Origin: a bacterium | Lineage (GTDB): Bacteria > Acidobacteriota > Blastocatellia > HR10 | Assembly (NCBI GenBank): GCA_041640655.1 | Contig: JBEPZV010000002.1 | Coordinates: 128,001 to 192,000, forward strand | Direction of reading: 5' to 3' | DNA length: 64,000 nt | Part shown: positions 18,433 through 27,988 of the stretch, one piece after another | Numbering within the stretch: position 1 is the stretch's first letter | Layout: the number at the start of each line of letters is the position of its first letter | Position numbers and translations under genes: made by a program | The notes under the pieces: model-generated | Told to the model about the DNA's origin: nothing | Database searches by the model: none | The model's input: the letters and a program-made list of their open reading frames with translations, nothing else

Positions 18433-19947
18433 ATTTGCACCTCCTTCGAGTTCCGTTGAACGATAAATGAGTGTCCATATTGCCCAGATGAGCCTTGCAC
18501 GCTCGGCGAGAGCGCTCTGCACGGTTCGCTTTTGGTCCTTGCTGCTGATCGTCTCTTGATATGTGGCCCGCAAGAGGCTGTCAGCATCCTGCCAGAACTC
18601 GCGCTCCTGTGGGCGTTGATCCGTCAGGATCGCCGCCACAAGATGCATCGGAGTGAACTTGAGCGCGCCTTGCGTTTCATCTCGACCTCGGCGGGGCCAT
18701 TTCCAGGCCCGCCCCACGAACTCGAAATCCGCCCGCAGTTGTGAAGATAATCGGCTCCCCTCTTCATCAAGAGCCCCTTCCCGTAAAAGCTCGCGTAGCC
18801 TTCCCAACCTCCGTTTTGATCTCCGCAGGTTAGTGGGCAGTATCTCAGAGATGGTGTAGAGGAACATGAACTTCTGACCCGACTGGTAGAAAACGAGCGA
18901 AGCCGAACGAAAAGGAGGCCTGTCCTTAAATCGCCCCTCGGACTCCTCGACGAGTCCTTCAAACAGATTCGGAAAAGAATCTCCGCCTTCGTTCTCGGCG
19001 TCACCTGCGCTTTTCGGCTTCGCTTTCTTTCCCTTGTCTTGGATTGGAAATTCCTCTTGTGGCACGACCTTATCCTTCGTGCGCTCGCGCCATTCCCAGA
19101 GGAAGTGGACGAAGGAACCTTCGATCTCCGCCGCATCAGGCTCCAGCTCGGGCACAAGATAAGTAGGTGTGCCGGCAACTTGCGTGCGCAGGTTCTCTTC
19201 AAGGTAGCTCTCAGCTACATAGAGCCATTTCGCGCATTCCTCACAAACGGGAGCGTATTTCCAAAGGTTCACTTCGCGGCCCATCGGACTGAAGCCGAGC
19301 TTTTCTACAGTGAAGAAGCGGAAGGGAATAGTTGAGCATACCTCGCCCTTCTTGCCACAGACAGCACAACGACCCTTACCTTTAGCTTGAGCCCTGCGCT
19401 CACCGAAGATTTTTCTCTTAATGAACCTCTCACAGAGTTTTTCTTGATCCCCTGGCATTTTTCCATTCCACATAACGCTCAGCAAGACGGAAGTTTCATC
19501 CCTCGTCGCCTCATCGAGCTTCTCTGATAAACCACTCTCGCTCCATTCTTTCAACTTCTGAGCGATATCATTGGGTAGCGAGGCGCTTATTTCTCTGAGT
19601 CCCGTTTGAATGATTTCCTGGCGGGTTTTCTTTGGTTTCGCACTGCTGCGCCCCTTGGAGCTTCGGTCTTCACGGAAGACCAAGAGCCATGATGGGCCTA
19701 TGGCGTGCTTGCCCGTGGACAAAGCATAGAGATACTTATACCGCTCATCGTCCTTGTAATCTTCGAGGCGCACCTCTTGATTTGTTACATCAACCACGGC
19801 CACCTTGGGGATGATTTTATCTTTGCCTTTTGTTCTGATGGCGCTCTCGCACAGGCGATGAAGGATAACTTGTTCCAGAGTCCAGCCGCGCTTTTTGCTT
19901 TCATAGCGGGCCATCTCTCGGGCGACTTGAACCAGTGTTGCGATCAT
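17935..19947 (-). CDS. cas8b: Type I-B large subunit Cas8b (Csh1/TM1802-like)
   Basis: CAVCG...FRFFTVEKLGF...PVCEEC zinc finger; C-terminal AFLIGVL..Q and FCFCLG; lies between cas6 and cas7. Confidence 0.88.
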   Translation of the reverse strand: MIATLVQVAREMARYESKKRGWTLEQVILHRLCESAIRTKGKDKIIPKVAVVDVTNQEVRLEDYKDDERYKYLYALSTGKHAIGPSWLLVFREDRSSKGRSSAKPKKTRQEIIQTGLREISASLPNDIAQKLKEWSESGLSEKLDEATRDETSVLLSVMWNGKMPGDQEKLCERFIKRKIFGERRAQAKGKGRCAVCGKKGEVCSTIPFRFFTVEKLGFSPMGREVNLWKYAPVCEECAKWLYVAESYLEENLRTQVAGTPTYLVPELEPDAAEIEGSFVHFLWEWRERTKDKVVPQEEFPIQDKGKKAKPKSAGDAENEGGDSFPNLFEGLVEESEGRFKDRPPFRSASLVFYQSGQKFMFLYTISEILPTNLRRSKRRLGRLRELLREGALDEEGSRLSSQLRADFEFVGRAWKWPRRGRDETQGALKFTPMHLVAAILTDQRPQEREFWQDADSLLRATYQETISSKDQKRTVQSALAERARLIWAIWTLIYRSTELEGGANMATQTTTQPVKSGVTPEFWENFFKPRLLLDSPAKRAAFLIGVLFGQVESKQRGERQSKAGEMPIVSRLRGLAVSREEIMVKIFPELMLKLRQLDANTQAIQAIQQAACDFASQDGELSDEEARFCFCLGWGLWWATVDAVRKALETPPGEEAEEASPEEEIEGES

Positions 19948-19950
19948 GGC

Positions 19951-20694
19951 TTACCCTCCGGGCTCTATCATACCAAAGCCCTGGCTATTTTTAATTCCAA
20001 GCCCAACGTCGTAAGCGAAGCGGATCAGTCCTTCATCCCCCCACATCTGAAGGTTCAGGTACCATGCTCGCACGGCCGTATCAAAGACGCGAACCAGTTT
20101 TTGCTTGGGATTCCAAACACGAATACTGAGCTCCCCTCCGTGCCATTCCCGCCCATGAAAAGCTTGCCACTTGTTGATGAGATTACGCTGAAGCGCTTCG
20201 ACGAACTCAGGCTGATCGGGACGGAGGTAAATAGGATGTCGCGAGCAATTCGGATCTCCTATCGAAGCGGCGATAGGAGAAGCTGTCCGAAAAACCAAGC
20301 CACTTCCAAGTTCGGGGGGTTCGATGCGAACTATGTCCACAACCTCGATAAGAGTGCCAAAGATATGGAGCTTTCCTGCTTGCCGCTCTATGCCTTTTAT
20401 GAAGGTATCCGTGAATTGCTGGTCTGGACTACTGATCTGCCACGTCATCCACTGAACATCAGTCAGACCGTGCGAGGACAGACTCCAGCGCGTGGGGGTT
20501 AAATCTGAGTAGACAAAGAGACGGTATATGCGATTCTTCCAGGAAAAACCCTGATCATGGAGCTTGGTGCCGTAATCTGAATCGGCGGTATTCAAGGTCA
20601 TGTAAACCACCTTAGTCAGGGCAGCGCGGTAATCCCAAGGGATAGTGATAGGTTTATGAGCTTCAAGTAACAATCGCAATCTCATCCCGATCAC
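19951..20694 (-). CDS. cas6: CRISPR endoribonuclease Cas6 (copy next to cas8b)
   Basis: LHDQGF...YRLFVYS, SPI, GLGIKNSQGFG G-rich loop. Confidence 0.95.
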   Translation of the reverse strand: MIGMRLRLLLEAHKPITIPWDYRAALTKVVYMTLNTADSDYGTKLHDQGFSWKNRIYRLFVYSDLTPTRWSLSSHGLTDVQWMTWQISSPDQQFTDTFIKGIERQAGKLHIFGTLIEVVDIVRIEPPELGSGLVFRTASPIAASIGDPNCSRHPIYLRPDQPEFVEALQRNLINKWQAFHGREWHGGELSIRVWNPKQKLVRVFDTAVRAWYLNLQMWGDEGLIRFAYDVGLGIKNSQGFGMIEPGG

Positions 20695-20709
20695 CTCACC
20701 ACTTGTACT

Positions 20710-20940
20710 TTAGTCCTCCTTACTACATTTTCTGCGGGAGCCGGCTTCTGGAGTTACGCATCTTATGCCCACCTTAAACGGTTCCAGCAAGACCGCCCGT
20801 CTTGTGTCCACCCAGAAGTTGCTGGTGGGGCGGTTGGGGTGGAGTTGAATTACAGGTGATGGCGATGTGACCAGGCTCGGTCTGGGTTCGACTGGCCCGA
20901 GCCACCAGTGGAGTCGGATTACGGGTGATGGCGATCTCAC
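20710..20940 (-). CDS. Putative 76-aa leader ORF with an internal SPSPVI(R/Q)LH repeat
   Basis: GAGGAGG-acaaaa-GTG start just downstream of a promoter; stops 15 nt before cas6. Confidence 0.4.
   Translation of the reverse strand: MRSPSPVIRLHWWLGPVEPRPSLVTSPSPVIQLHPNRPTSNFWVDTRRAVLLEPFKVGIRCVTPEAGSRRKCSKED
20839..20940. repeat. Two imperfect 33-bp direct repeats separated by 36 bp (mini-array-like)
   Basis: 20839-20871 GTGGAGTTGAATTACAGGTGATGGCGATGTGAC and 20908-20940 GTGGAGTCGGATTACGGGTGATGGCGATCTCAC, 28/33 identical. Confidence 0.75.
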
Positions 20941-20967
20941 TTTTGTCCTCCTCGTTCGTGTGCTGAT

Positions 20968-20997
20968 ATTTTCCCCACGCATGCGTCTCGGTGTCAA
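20968..20997 (-). promoter_or_regulatory. Probable promoter of the cas6-cas8b-cas7-cas5 operon
   Basis: TTGACA-N18-GAAAAT. Confidence 0.5.
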
Positions 20998-21648
20998 GCG
21001 GTTTCTTCACCGAACTCGCCTGCGCCCGCACGTCGTCTCGGCACGGAGCTCCGAGCGGCGCCTTCGTCACCCCCTCATCCCTATCCTCGCTCTGGATCGG
21101 GGGAGGGGCCTGAATCTCCAGGTGCTCCCCGTCACGAACCTTTCCACGAATCGCAGAGTGATCGTCGCTCGACCCGAAGGGCTCTTTGCGCACGCAAGAC
21201 AATATGCCGTCATGTCGTCTGCCCTCACCCGTTCAGATGAAGGAGCATGCTCAACGCATCGCCTCCTCTGCTCTCTCGGCGCCACTCCCGGTGTTCCGGA
21301 GGTACGCGGTCGCACTACGGCGCATCCGGTGATGAGGGCGCGGCGGTGAGCGCCGGTTGAACTCATCGCTCCGCGCGAGAGATTCTCGGCAGCGGCCGTG
21401 TCCGCCAGGCGAAGGCGTTGTGCCAGGGAGAGTGCGCTCATGCGCCGGAATGCTGCGTGAGCAGAAGTACAGAGAGGAGTCCGAGCGCTTCGGCCGCTGC
21501 CCAGCGGCCGAGGGCCATGATGAATCGTTGGACGAAGGTGCAAGGATGCCCTCGCGCGAGAGCGATCAATGGATGGGGACGCGTGCTCTCTGCCCATTTC
21601 GGGTCCTCCCTTGACCAGAAGCGGCGCGCGCCGCATGTCCGCCTCCGC

Positions 21649-22416
21649 TCATGCCCTTTGCCGCAAAGAGGTCGGGTGCTCGTGCGGCAGGCACACCATG
21701 CCGAAGCCCTGCGCGTTGCGCTCGCCGAATCCGGCGTCATATCCGAGTCGGATGAGGTCGAGCGATCCACTCACGCGAAACGACATCAGCCATCCGCGCA
21801 CATCGGTCTCGTTCACCCGCATCAGTTTCGATCTCGGCTCGCTCAGCCACTCGAACTGAAGCTCGCCCTCGGGCGCCTCGCCGTAGATCGCCAGAGCCTT
21901 CCGCTTCAAGTTCTCGACGAGCACGCGCGCGAAGTCGGGCTCCGCGGGCGAGAGGAATCGTTTGCGAAACCTCCCTTCAGCGTCACGGGAGCCCGTGGAG
22001 GCGAAGATGGGCGACAGGGTCACGAGCGTCATCGTCTCGGCGAACGTCGGGGGCAGAAGGACGCCGATCTGTCCCACGTGGAGCACACTGGCGCCGAGCC
22101 GGATTTCCGGTCGCATGAGCAAGCCAAGCGCCAGGGCTTCGATGAGTGACTCCAACGGCGAGGAGACCCACCACCGGAGGCGACCGCGCGCGCGCAACCC
22201 TCCGGGAGTTCGCTCATACTGTTCCGGGTACAAGAGCGAGAAGGTCGCGAGCTTATAACGTTTGCCGCCGCCGGAGAACCCCTCGTCGTGCACGTCCCGC
22301 GCCAACTTCGGCCGGCCTTGTTCCATCGCCCGGTAGAAGATCCCGCGCAGCCAATCGAGATAATCCCACGGCAGGAAGATCTCGTCCGGGGCGAAGAATT
22401 CAACGCTGATTCGCAT
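21649..22416 (-). CDS. cas6: CRISPR endoribonuclease Cas6 (second copy)
   Basis: VHDEGF...YKLATFS, TLSPI, GFGERNAQGFG. Confidence 0.95.
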   Translation of the reverse strand: MRISVEFFAPDEIFLPWDYLDWLRGIFYRAMEQGRPKLARDVHDEGFSGGGKRYKLATFSLLYPEQYERTPGGLRARGRLRWWVSSPLESLIEALALGLLMRPEIRLGASVLHVGQIGVLLPPTFAETMTLVTLSPIFASTGSRDAEGRFRKRFLSPAEPDFARVLVENLKRKALAIYGEAPEGELQFEWLSEPRSKLMRVNETDVRGWLMSFRVSGSLDLIRLGYDAGFGERNAQGFGMVCLPHEHPTSLRQRA

Positions 22417-22539
22417 GGCGTGCTCTCCCGCGGAAGATCTCCTGGCCGGAGCGCATGGACCTCATATCGCCCTCGCCCTTCACTCCTGCTCCTCGCGCGA
22501 CGCCGACGGAAGGTCCCCCATCCGGCGCGATCCGCGGGC

Positions 22540-22568
22540 AGGATAGCACACGAGGCCCCGCGCTTCAA
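22540..22568 (-). promoter_or_regulatory. Probable promoter of the second cas6
   Basis: TTGAAG-N17-TATCCT with a TG extension. Confidence 0.45.
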
Positions 22569-22680
22569 AGAGAGCCTTCGCCTTCGATCCCTCCGGAGCG
22601 CATCCGCGAAATCGCTCAAGGGGTGACCGAGACTTCAGCCCGATTCGCACTCGTGTGACGATCAGGCGACGAACCATTCA

Positions 22681-23619
22681 TCAAAAGACGATCCCCAAGC
22701 CCGTGGTGAATGTCACTTCGTTCTTGCGCACGCCCGGCTGCGGGCGGTTGTCATACGCGTCGCTGACCCCGAATCGGATGGTGAACAACTCGCTCACCCG
22801 AAAGCGCAGCGCGCTCTCCAGACGGAATTTGAAGCGCGTGGCCTCGCGCAGATCCTGCAGGAAATGGAACTGCTGCTCCAGTTGACTCTGCGGCGAGAGC
22901 TTCTGTCGGAACTCCTGGCGGAAGACGCCGGAGAGAAATTCCCGACGCGCGCCATCGCGGAAGCTCTCGCGAGTGTAACCGCTGCCCCCGCTGATCGAGA
23001 GCGCGCGCGATTCGGAGACGAGGAGATCGGCGCCGAAGCCCACAGCGTAGATGCTTCGCAGATTCACGCGCTCGACCTCATCGAACTCGAAATCGCCGGA
23101 GGCGAAGACGAAGAGGCGTGGCGAGAAGAACCGATCCAGGCGTCCTCCCCCAAGCCATTCGTTCCCGGCGAGGGAGCGATCCTTGAGCGCGCGGAAATAC
23201 CGAGAACGCAGTCGGAGGCGCCAGGGCTCGCGCTGCCGTTCGGCGCGCACGTCCAGGACGAGGCTATCCGAATCGGTCGTGCCGCGATGTCCGGCGTAGC
23301 TCACATCGAAGGCCCCGCGCCAGGATCGCTCATCCGATCTCGCTGTCGCGGGCGAGGAATCAGGGGGCGAAGCCTGCTTCTCTGTGGGGAGCCGGGCTCC
23401 CATCGCCGCGATACTGTTCGGCCCCAAGCTCAACCGAAGGACGTCACTCGGAGCGACTTCGCGCATCGTCCCGTCCGCTGTGCGAAAGACGATCTGCTCT
23501 CGACTCCACGAGACGAGTGTTCCCACGAACCGCGTGCCATCGGACAGTATGATCTCGTCCGTCGCAGCGACTTCCTGTGAGGCGAAGATGAGCATAAGAC
23601 ACAAAACGCCGATCCCCAT
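22681..23619 (-). CDS. DUF481/YdiY-like outer-membrane beta-barrel protein
   Basis: Signal peptide, GTTDS, alternating beta-strands, YDNRP, terminal GLGIVF. Confidence 0.8.
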   Translation of the reverse strand: MGIGVLCLMLIFASQEVAATDEIILSDGTRFVGTLVSWSREQIVFRTADGTMREVAPSDVLRLSLGPNSIAAMGARLPTEKQASPPDSSPATARSDERSWRGAFDVSYAGHRGTTDSDSLVLDVRAERQREPWRLRLRSRYFRALKDRSLAGNEWLGGGRLDRFFSPRLFVFASGDFEFDEVERVNLRSIYAVGFGADLLVSESRALSISGGSGYTRESFRDGARREFLSGVFRQEFRQKLSPQSQLEQQFHFLQDLREATRFKFRLESALRFRVSELFTIRFGVSDAYDNRPQPGVRKNEVTFTTGLGIVF

Positions 23620-23723
23620 GCTGCCACCGCCTCCTCGCGCGAGAGATTCGAGAACCCGTTGTGATTATGGAGGCGCGTCGAATGGAGGGCAAGCGGAGAC
23701 GACGTCACACACCGCTTGTCCGC

Positions 23724-24638
23724 TCACATTCTCCTCGCTGCTGCCAGCAGGACGTCACTCAGGCGCAGTGTGAGCGTTCGCTCTTCCCACCCCAAGCGGG
23801 CGAGGCCGCGCATGAAGAACCGTCCTAAGGGAGCGTGCCATCGTCGGAGGCGATCGGCCAGGAGCCTCAGGCTCACGGTGCGCCGCGGATGCGTGAGCGC
23901 GAGCACGCGAAATCCGTTCTCCTCCAAGAGTCGGGTCAAGGTCGCGGGCGAGAAGAAATAGTAGTGATCGGGGATGAATTGCCGCCAGCGCCGGCCGAAG
24001 AGGCGGAACCAGACCGAAGCGATGTTCGGCGTTTCAAGGACGACGACGCCTCCGGGTCGGAGCACGCGATGGATCTCCTGAAGCGCGCGTCGCGGCGAAT
24101 CCAGATGCTCCAGGACGTGGAAGAGGACGACGACGTCGAACGACGCGGCCGGATATTGGGCGTCGGCGAGCGTGCCGGGGAAGACGTGGATCCCGGTGTG
24201 CTGCTGAGCCCGCGCGCTCGTCGTCGGATCGGGCTCAACTCCATGCGCATGGAATCCCGCGCGAGCGGCCAGGGCGAGAAACGCGCCATCGGCGCATCCG
24301 ATCTCCAGCAGCCGTCCCGAGGCGACGAAGCGCCGCACCCACTGCAGGCGCTCCTGCATCACGCGCTCGCGAATCGGGGCTTCGCGCGCTTCGACCTCCT
24401 CGTCCACCAGTGCGAGCGCCCGCACGCGTTCGGCCAAGCGGCGCGAGCGCTCGGGATCGAACCGCGAGAACGTGAAATCCTCGCGACGCGCGCCCACATA
24501 GACGAGGCCGCACCGTCGGCATTGCACGAGTGGTCCGTCCAACCGCTCGCATGTCATCAGGAATCGCGCGTCGGTTCCGCCGCAGAGATCGCAGGGCAGA
24601 TAGGTCATGCTGGGACCCCGCGCGCAAGCGGCGATCAT
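23724..24638 (-). CDS. Class I SAM-dependent methyltransferase with an N-terminal Zn ribbon
   Basis: CDLCG..CRRCG, LLEIGCADG, FHVLEHL, ETPN. Confidence 0.88.
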   Translation of the reverse strand: MIAACARGPSMTYLPCDLCGGTDARFLMTCERLDGPLVQCRRCGLVYVGARREDFTFSRFDPERSRRLAERVRALALVDEEVEAREAPIRERVMQERLQWVRRFVASGRLLEIGCADGAFLALAARAGFHAHGVEPDPTTSARAQQHTGIHVFPGTLADAQYPAASFDVVVLFHVLEHLDSPRRALQEIHRVLRPGGVVVLETPNIASVWFRLFGRRWRQFIPDHYYFFSPATLTRLLEENGFRVLALTHPRRTVSLRLLADRLRRWHAPLGRFFMRGLARLGWEERTLTLRLSDVLLAAARRM

Positions 24639-24644
24639 CCGCCC

Positions 24645-25610
24645 TCACGCGAGCGCGCGCTCGGAGACCGGCACGGCGCTCCCCGCGAATCCCACCAGCC
24701 GTCGTTCGCGGATGAAGAGGTCCAGACGTCCGAGGACGATGCCGCCGAATCCAACTTGAAAGATGAGCGTCGCGCCCCCGCTCGGACGGCGGATGAGTTC
24801 CGGTTCCTTCATGAACGTATGCGTATGTCCGCCGATGATGACATCAATGCCCTCGACGGCGTGCGCCAGCTCGCGATCACCGATCGGAGGTGGGGTCACC
24901 TTCATCCGCTCGGATTCGTCGTAGAGTCCCAAGTGCGAGAGGCAGACGACAAGCAACGCGTCCTCTCGCTCTCGCAAGGTTCGGACCATCGCGCGCGCCG
25001 TCGCGATGGGATCGCGATAGCGTACCCCCGCACGATAGCGCTCGGGGACCAATCCCTCCAGCGCGATCCCGAGCCCGAAGATGCCGATGCGGATGCCGGC
25101 CAGCTCCCGCACGACGTAGGGCTTGATGCGATCCCGAAGCAACGTCTCCTGGAAATCGTAGTTCGCCGAGACGACGTCGAACGTGGCGAAGTTGAGGGCG
25201 CGCGCGAGCGCCTCCAATCCGCTGTCGAACTCGTGATTCCCCAAGGTCACGACATCGTAGCCGATGGCCGACATTACCCGATAATCGGCCTCGCCGCGAT
25301 ACACGTTGTAGTAGGGCGTCCCCTGAAAGGCATCGCCCGCGTCCAGAAGCAGCGTGTTCGGATTCTCCCGGCGAAGGCGCTTGACGAGCGCAGCGCGTCG
25401 CGCGGCTCCGCCCAATCCCGCGTATCGCGGATCATCGTCGGGGAACGGCTCCAGCCGCGAATGCACGTCATTCGTATGCAGGAGCGTGATCCGCGTCTCC
25501 GCTTCGCCGGCGGCGAGGCCACGCACAAGCTCCGGGGCGCTGGCGCCCAGGAGCACGGCTGCCCCGGCTCGAAGACCACTCGTGAGAAAGCCTCGGCGTG
25601 AGAGATTCAT
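24645..25610 (-). CDS. Tat-exported 5'-nucleotidase-family metallophosphoesterase (catalytic domain only)
   Basis: SRRGFL Tat motif; LHTNDVH, DAGD, GNHEFD, LSHLG, GGHTH. Confidence 0.9.
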   Translation of the reverse strand: MNLSRRGFLTSGLRAGAAVLLGASAPELVRGLAAGEAETRITLLHTNDVHSRLEPFPDDDPRYAGLGGAARRAALVKRLRRENPNTLLLDAGDAFQGTPYYNVYRGEADYRVMSAIGYDVVTLGNHEFDSGLEALARALNFATFDVVSANYDFQETLLRDRIKPYVVRELAGIRIGIFGLGIALEGLVPERYRAGVRYRDPIATARAMVRTLREREDALLVVCLSHLGLYDESERMKVTPPPIGDRELAHAVEGIDVIIGGHTHTFMKEPELIRRPSGGATLIFQVGFGGIVLGRLDLFIRERRLVGFAGSAVPVSERALA

Positions 25611-26902
25611 ACGTCCCCCTCGCGCTCCGCCACCAAGGCGCGGATGGCGTCATTCACAGCCTCCGGGAAGCAGAGCCGATCAATATGGAATCGGCGCAAC
25701 CGGCGGATGGCCGGAGAGACTTCGGTGATCTCGCGCAGCGTGCGGCTTCCTCCGTCCACCTCGACGTAGATGCGACTCTCCGGACCCGATGTCTCCGGAG
25801 AATAGGGGCCGAGATAGGGGATGTCGCTCGCGCGATCTTCGATCAGGTAATAGCGCGGGTCGAAACCCGCCGCTTCGACGATCTGGCGCGCGCGCTCGAT
25901 GAGTTGGCGCCGGCGCTCGGCATTGACCTGCAGGTCCACGGCTTTGAAGAGGCGGCGATGGAGGAACCCACTGGCCAGATCGCGCAGGATCGGATCCGGG
26001 GCCTTCGTCCACCACTTGATGTGGAACATGACATCGTGATCGTCAAGGGCCAGATATTCCTCGGTCGAGAGCGGTTCGCGCCGCAATACCTTCACCATCA
26101 CGGAATCGGGGACGACGAGTGACAACTGCCCGCTCGCCATGAGATCAATCGCGCGACGGAAGATGGAGCGGAGCATCACCTCGGCCGTCCGCAAGTTGCG
26201 ATGGAAGTAGACCTGGCGGAACATGTAGTAACGCGCCTGCAGGTACTCCTCGACGGCGTAAAGCCCTTTGGCCGCGACGTAGAGGCATTCCTCATCGGGA
26301 GCGATCTCCAACGTGTGCAGGATCCACTCCAGATCGTAGAAGCCGTATTTGGCGCCGGTCATCAAGCTGTCGCGCAGGAGATAATCGAAGCGGTCCACGT
26401 CCATCTGGCTGGAGATGAGCTGCGAGATGAATCGCGGCCGATAGGCGTGCTGCAAGACGGCGACGACTCGCGTCGGGAGATCGCGATCCCTCTGGACGAG
26501 GATCCGATGGACCGTCGTCTCCTCATCGAGAATGATGCGCGCTCCCCACGCTTCGTGCCGATACCCGAGAACGGCCTCCACGACGTGAGAGAATGGCCCG
26601 TGCCCGATGTCGTGAAGCAGCGCGGCGCAGGTGGCCGTCAGGCGCGTCTCGCGAGCGATCGGGTACCGTCGCCCCAAATGGGCGAGGACGCGCCGCATCA
26701 GATGCATCACGCCGAGCGAATGCGAGAAGCGGCTGTGTTCGGCTCCCTGATAGGTGAAGAGCGCCAAGCCCAATTGCTTGATCCGGCGCAGGCGCTGGAA
26801 CTCGGGGGTATCAATCAACCGGATGAGCACCCGATCATCCGGGTCGGCTTCGTCAAGCGAGATGATGTTGTGCACCGGATCGCGATAGATGCGCTCGGCC
26901 AT
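25607..26902 (-). CDS. HD-domain dNTP triphosphohydrolase-like protein
   Basis: [48 protein letters not shown]. Confidence 0.92.
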   Translation of the reverse strand: MAERIYRDPVHNIISLDEADPDDRVLIRLIDTPEFQRLRRIKQLGLALFTYQGAEHSRFSHSLGVMHLMRRVLAHLGRRYPIARETRLTATCAALLHDIGHGPFSHVVEAVLGYRHEAWGARIILDEETTVHRILVQRDRDLPTRVVAVLQHAYRPRFISQLISSQMDVDRFDYLLRDSLMTGAKYGFYDLEWILHTLEIAPDEECLYVAAKGLYAVEEYLQARYYMFRQVYFHRNLRTAEVMLRSIFRRAIDLMASGQLSLVVPDSVMVKVLRREPLSTEEYLALDDHDVMFHIKWWTKAPDPILRDLASGFLHRRLFKAVDLQVNAERRRQLIERARQIVEAAGFDPRYYLIEDRASDIPYLGPYSPETSGPESRIYVEVDGGSRTLREITEVSPAIRRLRRFHIDRLCFPEAVNDAIRALVAEREGDV

Positions 26903-26906
26903 GACC

Positions 26907-27974
26907 TCACCCTCTCCCGCGAGGCGCGTGGCGGCCCGATCGCGCGTCCACCTGATGCAAGCGCAGGCCGGGCTCGGCCGTCAACTCCCATCCCGAGCGT
27001 TCGCCGCGCTGCAGCTTCGGATACGCGGCCGCCGCGATCATGGCAGCGTTATCGGTCGTGAGCGGCGGGCTGGGGACATAGACGGGGAGGCTCGCCTCTC
27101 GCCCCAGGCGAAACGCTTCTTCGCGCAACCGGCTGTTGCAGGCGACCCCCCCCGTCAGAATGAGCGTGTGTGCCTCGTACTCCTCCAGGGCGCGCGACAG
27201 GCGCTGAATGAGCGTGCGCACGACCGTGTCCTGAAAGCTCGCGAGGAGATCGAGAATGATGTTCGGCACTTCCTCCCCCTCGCGCACGGGGCGAATGCCC
27301 CGCTCGCGCACGTAGCGGGCGACGGCCGTCTTGAGCCCGCTGAAGCTGAAATCGAAATCGTTCTCACTCATCCTCGGGATCGTGAAGCGAACGGCGCGAG
27401 GATTCCCGCGCTTCGCCAACCGATCAATCACGGGGCCACCCGGATACCCGAGCCCCAGCAGTTTCGCCACCTTATCGAAGGCCTCGCCCGCGGCATCGTC
27501 GCGCGTGTGCCCGAGCAGGTGATACCGCTCCGGCTCCGGCATCCAGAAGAGGCTCGTATCGCCTCCGGAGACGACGAGCGCGAGCGCGGGGTATCGAACG
27601 GGGGGATTCTCGAAGACGACGGAGAAGATGTGCCCCTCGTGATGATTCACGCCAAGCAGCGGGCGCGAGAGCGCATACGCGACCGATTTCGCATAGCAGA
27701 TGCCCACCAGCAGTGAGCCGATCAATCCCGGCCCGCGGGTCACCGCGACGGCATCAATCTCTCTGAAGGTGACGCCGGCTTCGTGGAGCGCCTCCCGGAC
27801 GACGGGGACGATGTTCCGCAGATGCTCGCGCGAGGCCAATTCGGGCACGATCCCCCCATAGGGCCGATGGATCGCATACTGCGTGGCCACGATGTTCGAC
27901 CGAATGAGCCGCCCATCTTCAACGACGGCGGCCGCCGTCTCATCGCACGAGGTCTCGATTCCCAGGATCAACAT
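26907..27974 (-). CDS. tsaD: tRNA N6-adenosine threonylcarbamoyltransferase
   Basis: [39 protein letters not shown]. Confidence 0.97.
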   Translation of the reverse strand: MLILGIETSCDETAAAVVEDGRLIRSNIVATQYAIHRPYGGIVPELASREHLRNIVPVVREALHEAGVTFREIDAVAVTRGPGLIGSLLVGICYAKSVAYALSRPLLGVNHHEGHIFSVVFENPPVRYPALALVVSGGDTSLFWMPEPERYHLLGHTRDDAAGEAFDKVAKLLGLGYPGGPVIDRLAKRGNPRAVRFTIPRMSENDFDFSFSGLKTAVARYVRERGIRPVREGEEVPNIILDLLASFQDTVVRTLIQRLSRALEEYEAHTLILTGGVACNSRLREEAFRLGREASLPVYVPSPPLTTDNAAMIAAAAYPKLQRGERSGWELTAEPGLRLHQVDARSGRHAPRGRG

Positions 27975-27988
27975 CGCCGTTCTCCTGG

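Noticed and set aside
21000..21640. ORFs or an IS remnant between the two cas6 genes
   Set aside because: No transposase motifs or terminal inverted repeats. A faint resemblance of 21182-21209 to the reverse complement of bases 1-24 is too weak to call.
23835..25601. Long + strand ORF (588 aa) and similar ORFs at 28046, 30877, 39139, 42108, 51165, 53136 (+) and 45694, 62291 (-)
   Set aside because: These are antisense shadows of well-supported genes, typical of high-GC codon bias.
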